In this document: one piece after another, positions 62,937 to 64,000 of the stretch
Numbering within the stretch: position 1 is the stretch's first letter
How the letters are laid out: each line of letters begins with the position of its first letter
Origin: the human T2T-CHM13v2.0 reference genome, Homo sapiens
NCBI RefSeq assembly: GCF_009914755.1
Contig: NC_060929.1
DNA length: 64,000 nucleotides
Reading direction: 5' to 3' (one strand)
Position numbers and translations under genes: made by a program
The notes under the pieces: generated by a model
Databases searched by the model: none
What the model saw: the letters and a program-made list of their open reading frames with translations, nothing else
Told to the model about the DNA's origin: nothing

Positions 62937-64000
62937 CGGATGGAGATAAGGGAGACGGCCCCCCGGGTGGGGAGTGAGGAAGGGGCAGCGGAGGCGGCAG
63001 GCGGGCAGCTAGAGCTGGGGGCGGGAAGGCGGCTGGGGCTGGGGGCCGGCGAGTGGGTCCTGCAGCCTCTTGGCTGCTGCTTGTTTGGAGGATGTACGGA
63101 CAGGGGCGAAGGTGGCTTTGGGTCCCCCGACCCCGCAACAAAGGTTATATGGAAGTGATGGCGAGGCAAAGCTGGGAGGGCCGGGACGCCCACTGTGCTC
63201 TCCACACTCCTGCAGGACATTTCTGCAGACATCTCACGGCATCTTTCGGAATAAAGGGCATTGGGGTCATAAAATGTATTCTGAGACTTAAATTGCAACA
63301 TTAAAAAAAATTCCATAGGATTGGAGGGCAGGGATGCACCATCATTTCTGTCTTTGAGAGGTCTCTTCTGGTATCCTTGATTAAGACCATTTGGTCTAAA
63401 CTTAACTGACTTCCTCAGCCAGGTCTCGGCGTTTAGTTCAAGTTGCAGCAACACAGTTTGATGTTTGTGGTTTCCAGTTGCTCCCCTGCTGAGATGCTCC
63501 AGGTGCTCCACCAGCGCCTGGGGACTCTGATTAACACTTTCCATTCCATAGTTTTACCCGGACAGGGTCAATCCTGCTCAGATGATGGAGAGGACAAGGT
63601 CGGCCTTGCAGAGTTGAGACACAGGCATTCATGAAGGGGTGCTACTTGGGGGCCACAGGCTTTTGTGGAGGGGCTGGAACTTCAGACACTGATAATAACT
63701 TTGTATCTGCTTCGGAAAGCCACTAGTACTGCACTCAAACAGGGGAGAACAGAAAGGGGGTTGCGGTAATACCCCACGTGGTGTCCAGGCAGATGGGGCG
63801 GCTGAGAGAGTTCAGTATCTGTCCACCTGTGGGTGCAGCCACATTCTTCTCTACTCTTCAAAAATAAGTCGGAGTGAGTAAATATCTCTGAAGAGATTAA
63901 TATTACTCATTATCCCACTATGATATTGTGGGAGTGGGGAGGCAGGTTTCATCCATTTAGGAAGCGAAGAGCTGAATTTTCTCTTCTTGTTGGTCATCTG

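Larger units (their letters stand above)
62350..63200. promoter_or_regulatory. CpG island / promoter (gene not identified)
   Basis: The only non-repeat CpG-dense region; GCGCGC, NotI site GCGGCCGC near 62616, ETS motif CCGGAAGT at 62670-62677, GC boxes (also CCCCGCCCCC near 62003). Confidence 0.8.

Noticed and set aside
62313-63544. ORFs of 129-220 aa over the CpG island
   Set aside because: They are low-complexity Pro/Ala/Gly or poly-K/F frames produced by GC-richness and the T37 run, and several begin at non-ATG codons.

Overview
This is primate (human or ape-like) nuclear DNA: it carries AluY, AluS, AluJ, LTR12C, THE1D and L1PA/L1MA elements. I found no convincing protein-coding gene; the long ORFs in the track are mostly Alu, LTR12, L1 or chance frames. 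Roughly half the window is recognisable transposon relics: about 15 Alus, a 6.3 kb L1MA with both ends and a TSD, several solo LTRs with TSDs, hAT MITEs, MIRs and L2s. A CpG-island promoter with a probable non-coding first exon lies at about 62.4-63.2 kb; I cannot name its gene. The most unusual structure is at 33.0-35.7 kb, where one MIR is split by two tail-to-tail Alus and each Alu is split by an LTR12C. This gives an approximately 2.5 kb quasi-palindrome with signs of conversion between the arms and one intact LTR promoter. Downstream of it, splice signals outline candidate + strand exons at 46.9-50.9 kb that would encode a 41-aa smORF across a junction. Other oddities are a recombinant AluY monomer, a tailless U2 snRNA retrocopy, a 79-bp tandem array and an inverted filler in the L1MA, and an L1MC whose 5' and 3' ends are joined. 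All subfamily names come from recalled consensus sequences, not from a search. Boundaries of old elements are approximate.
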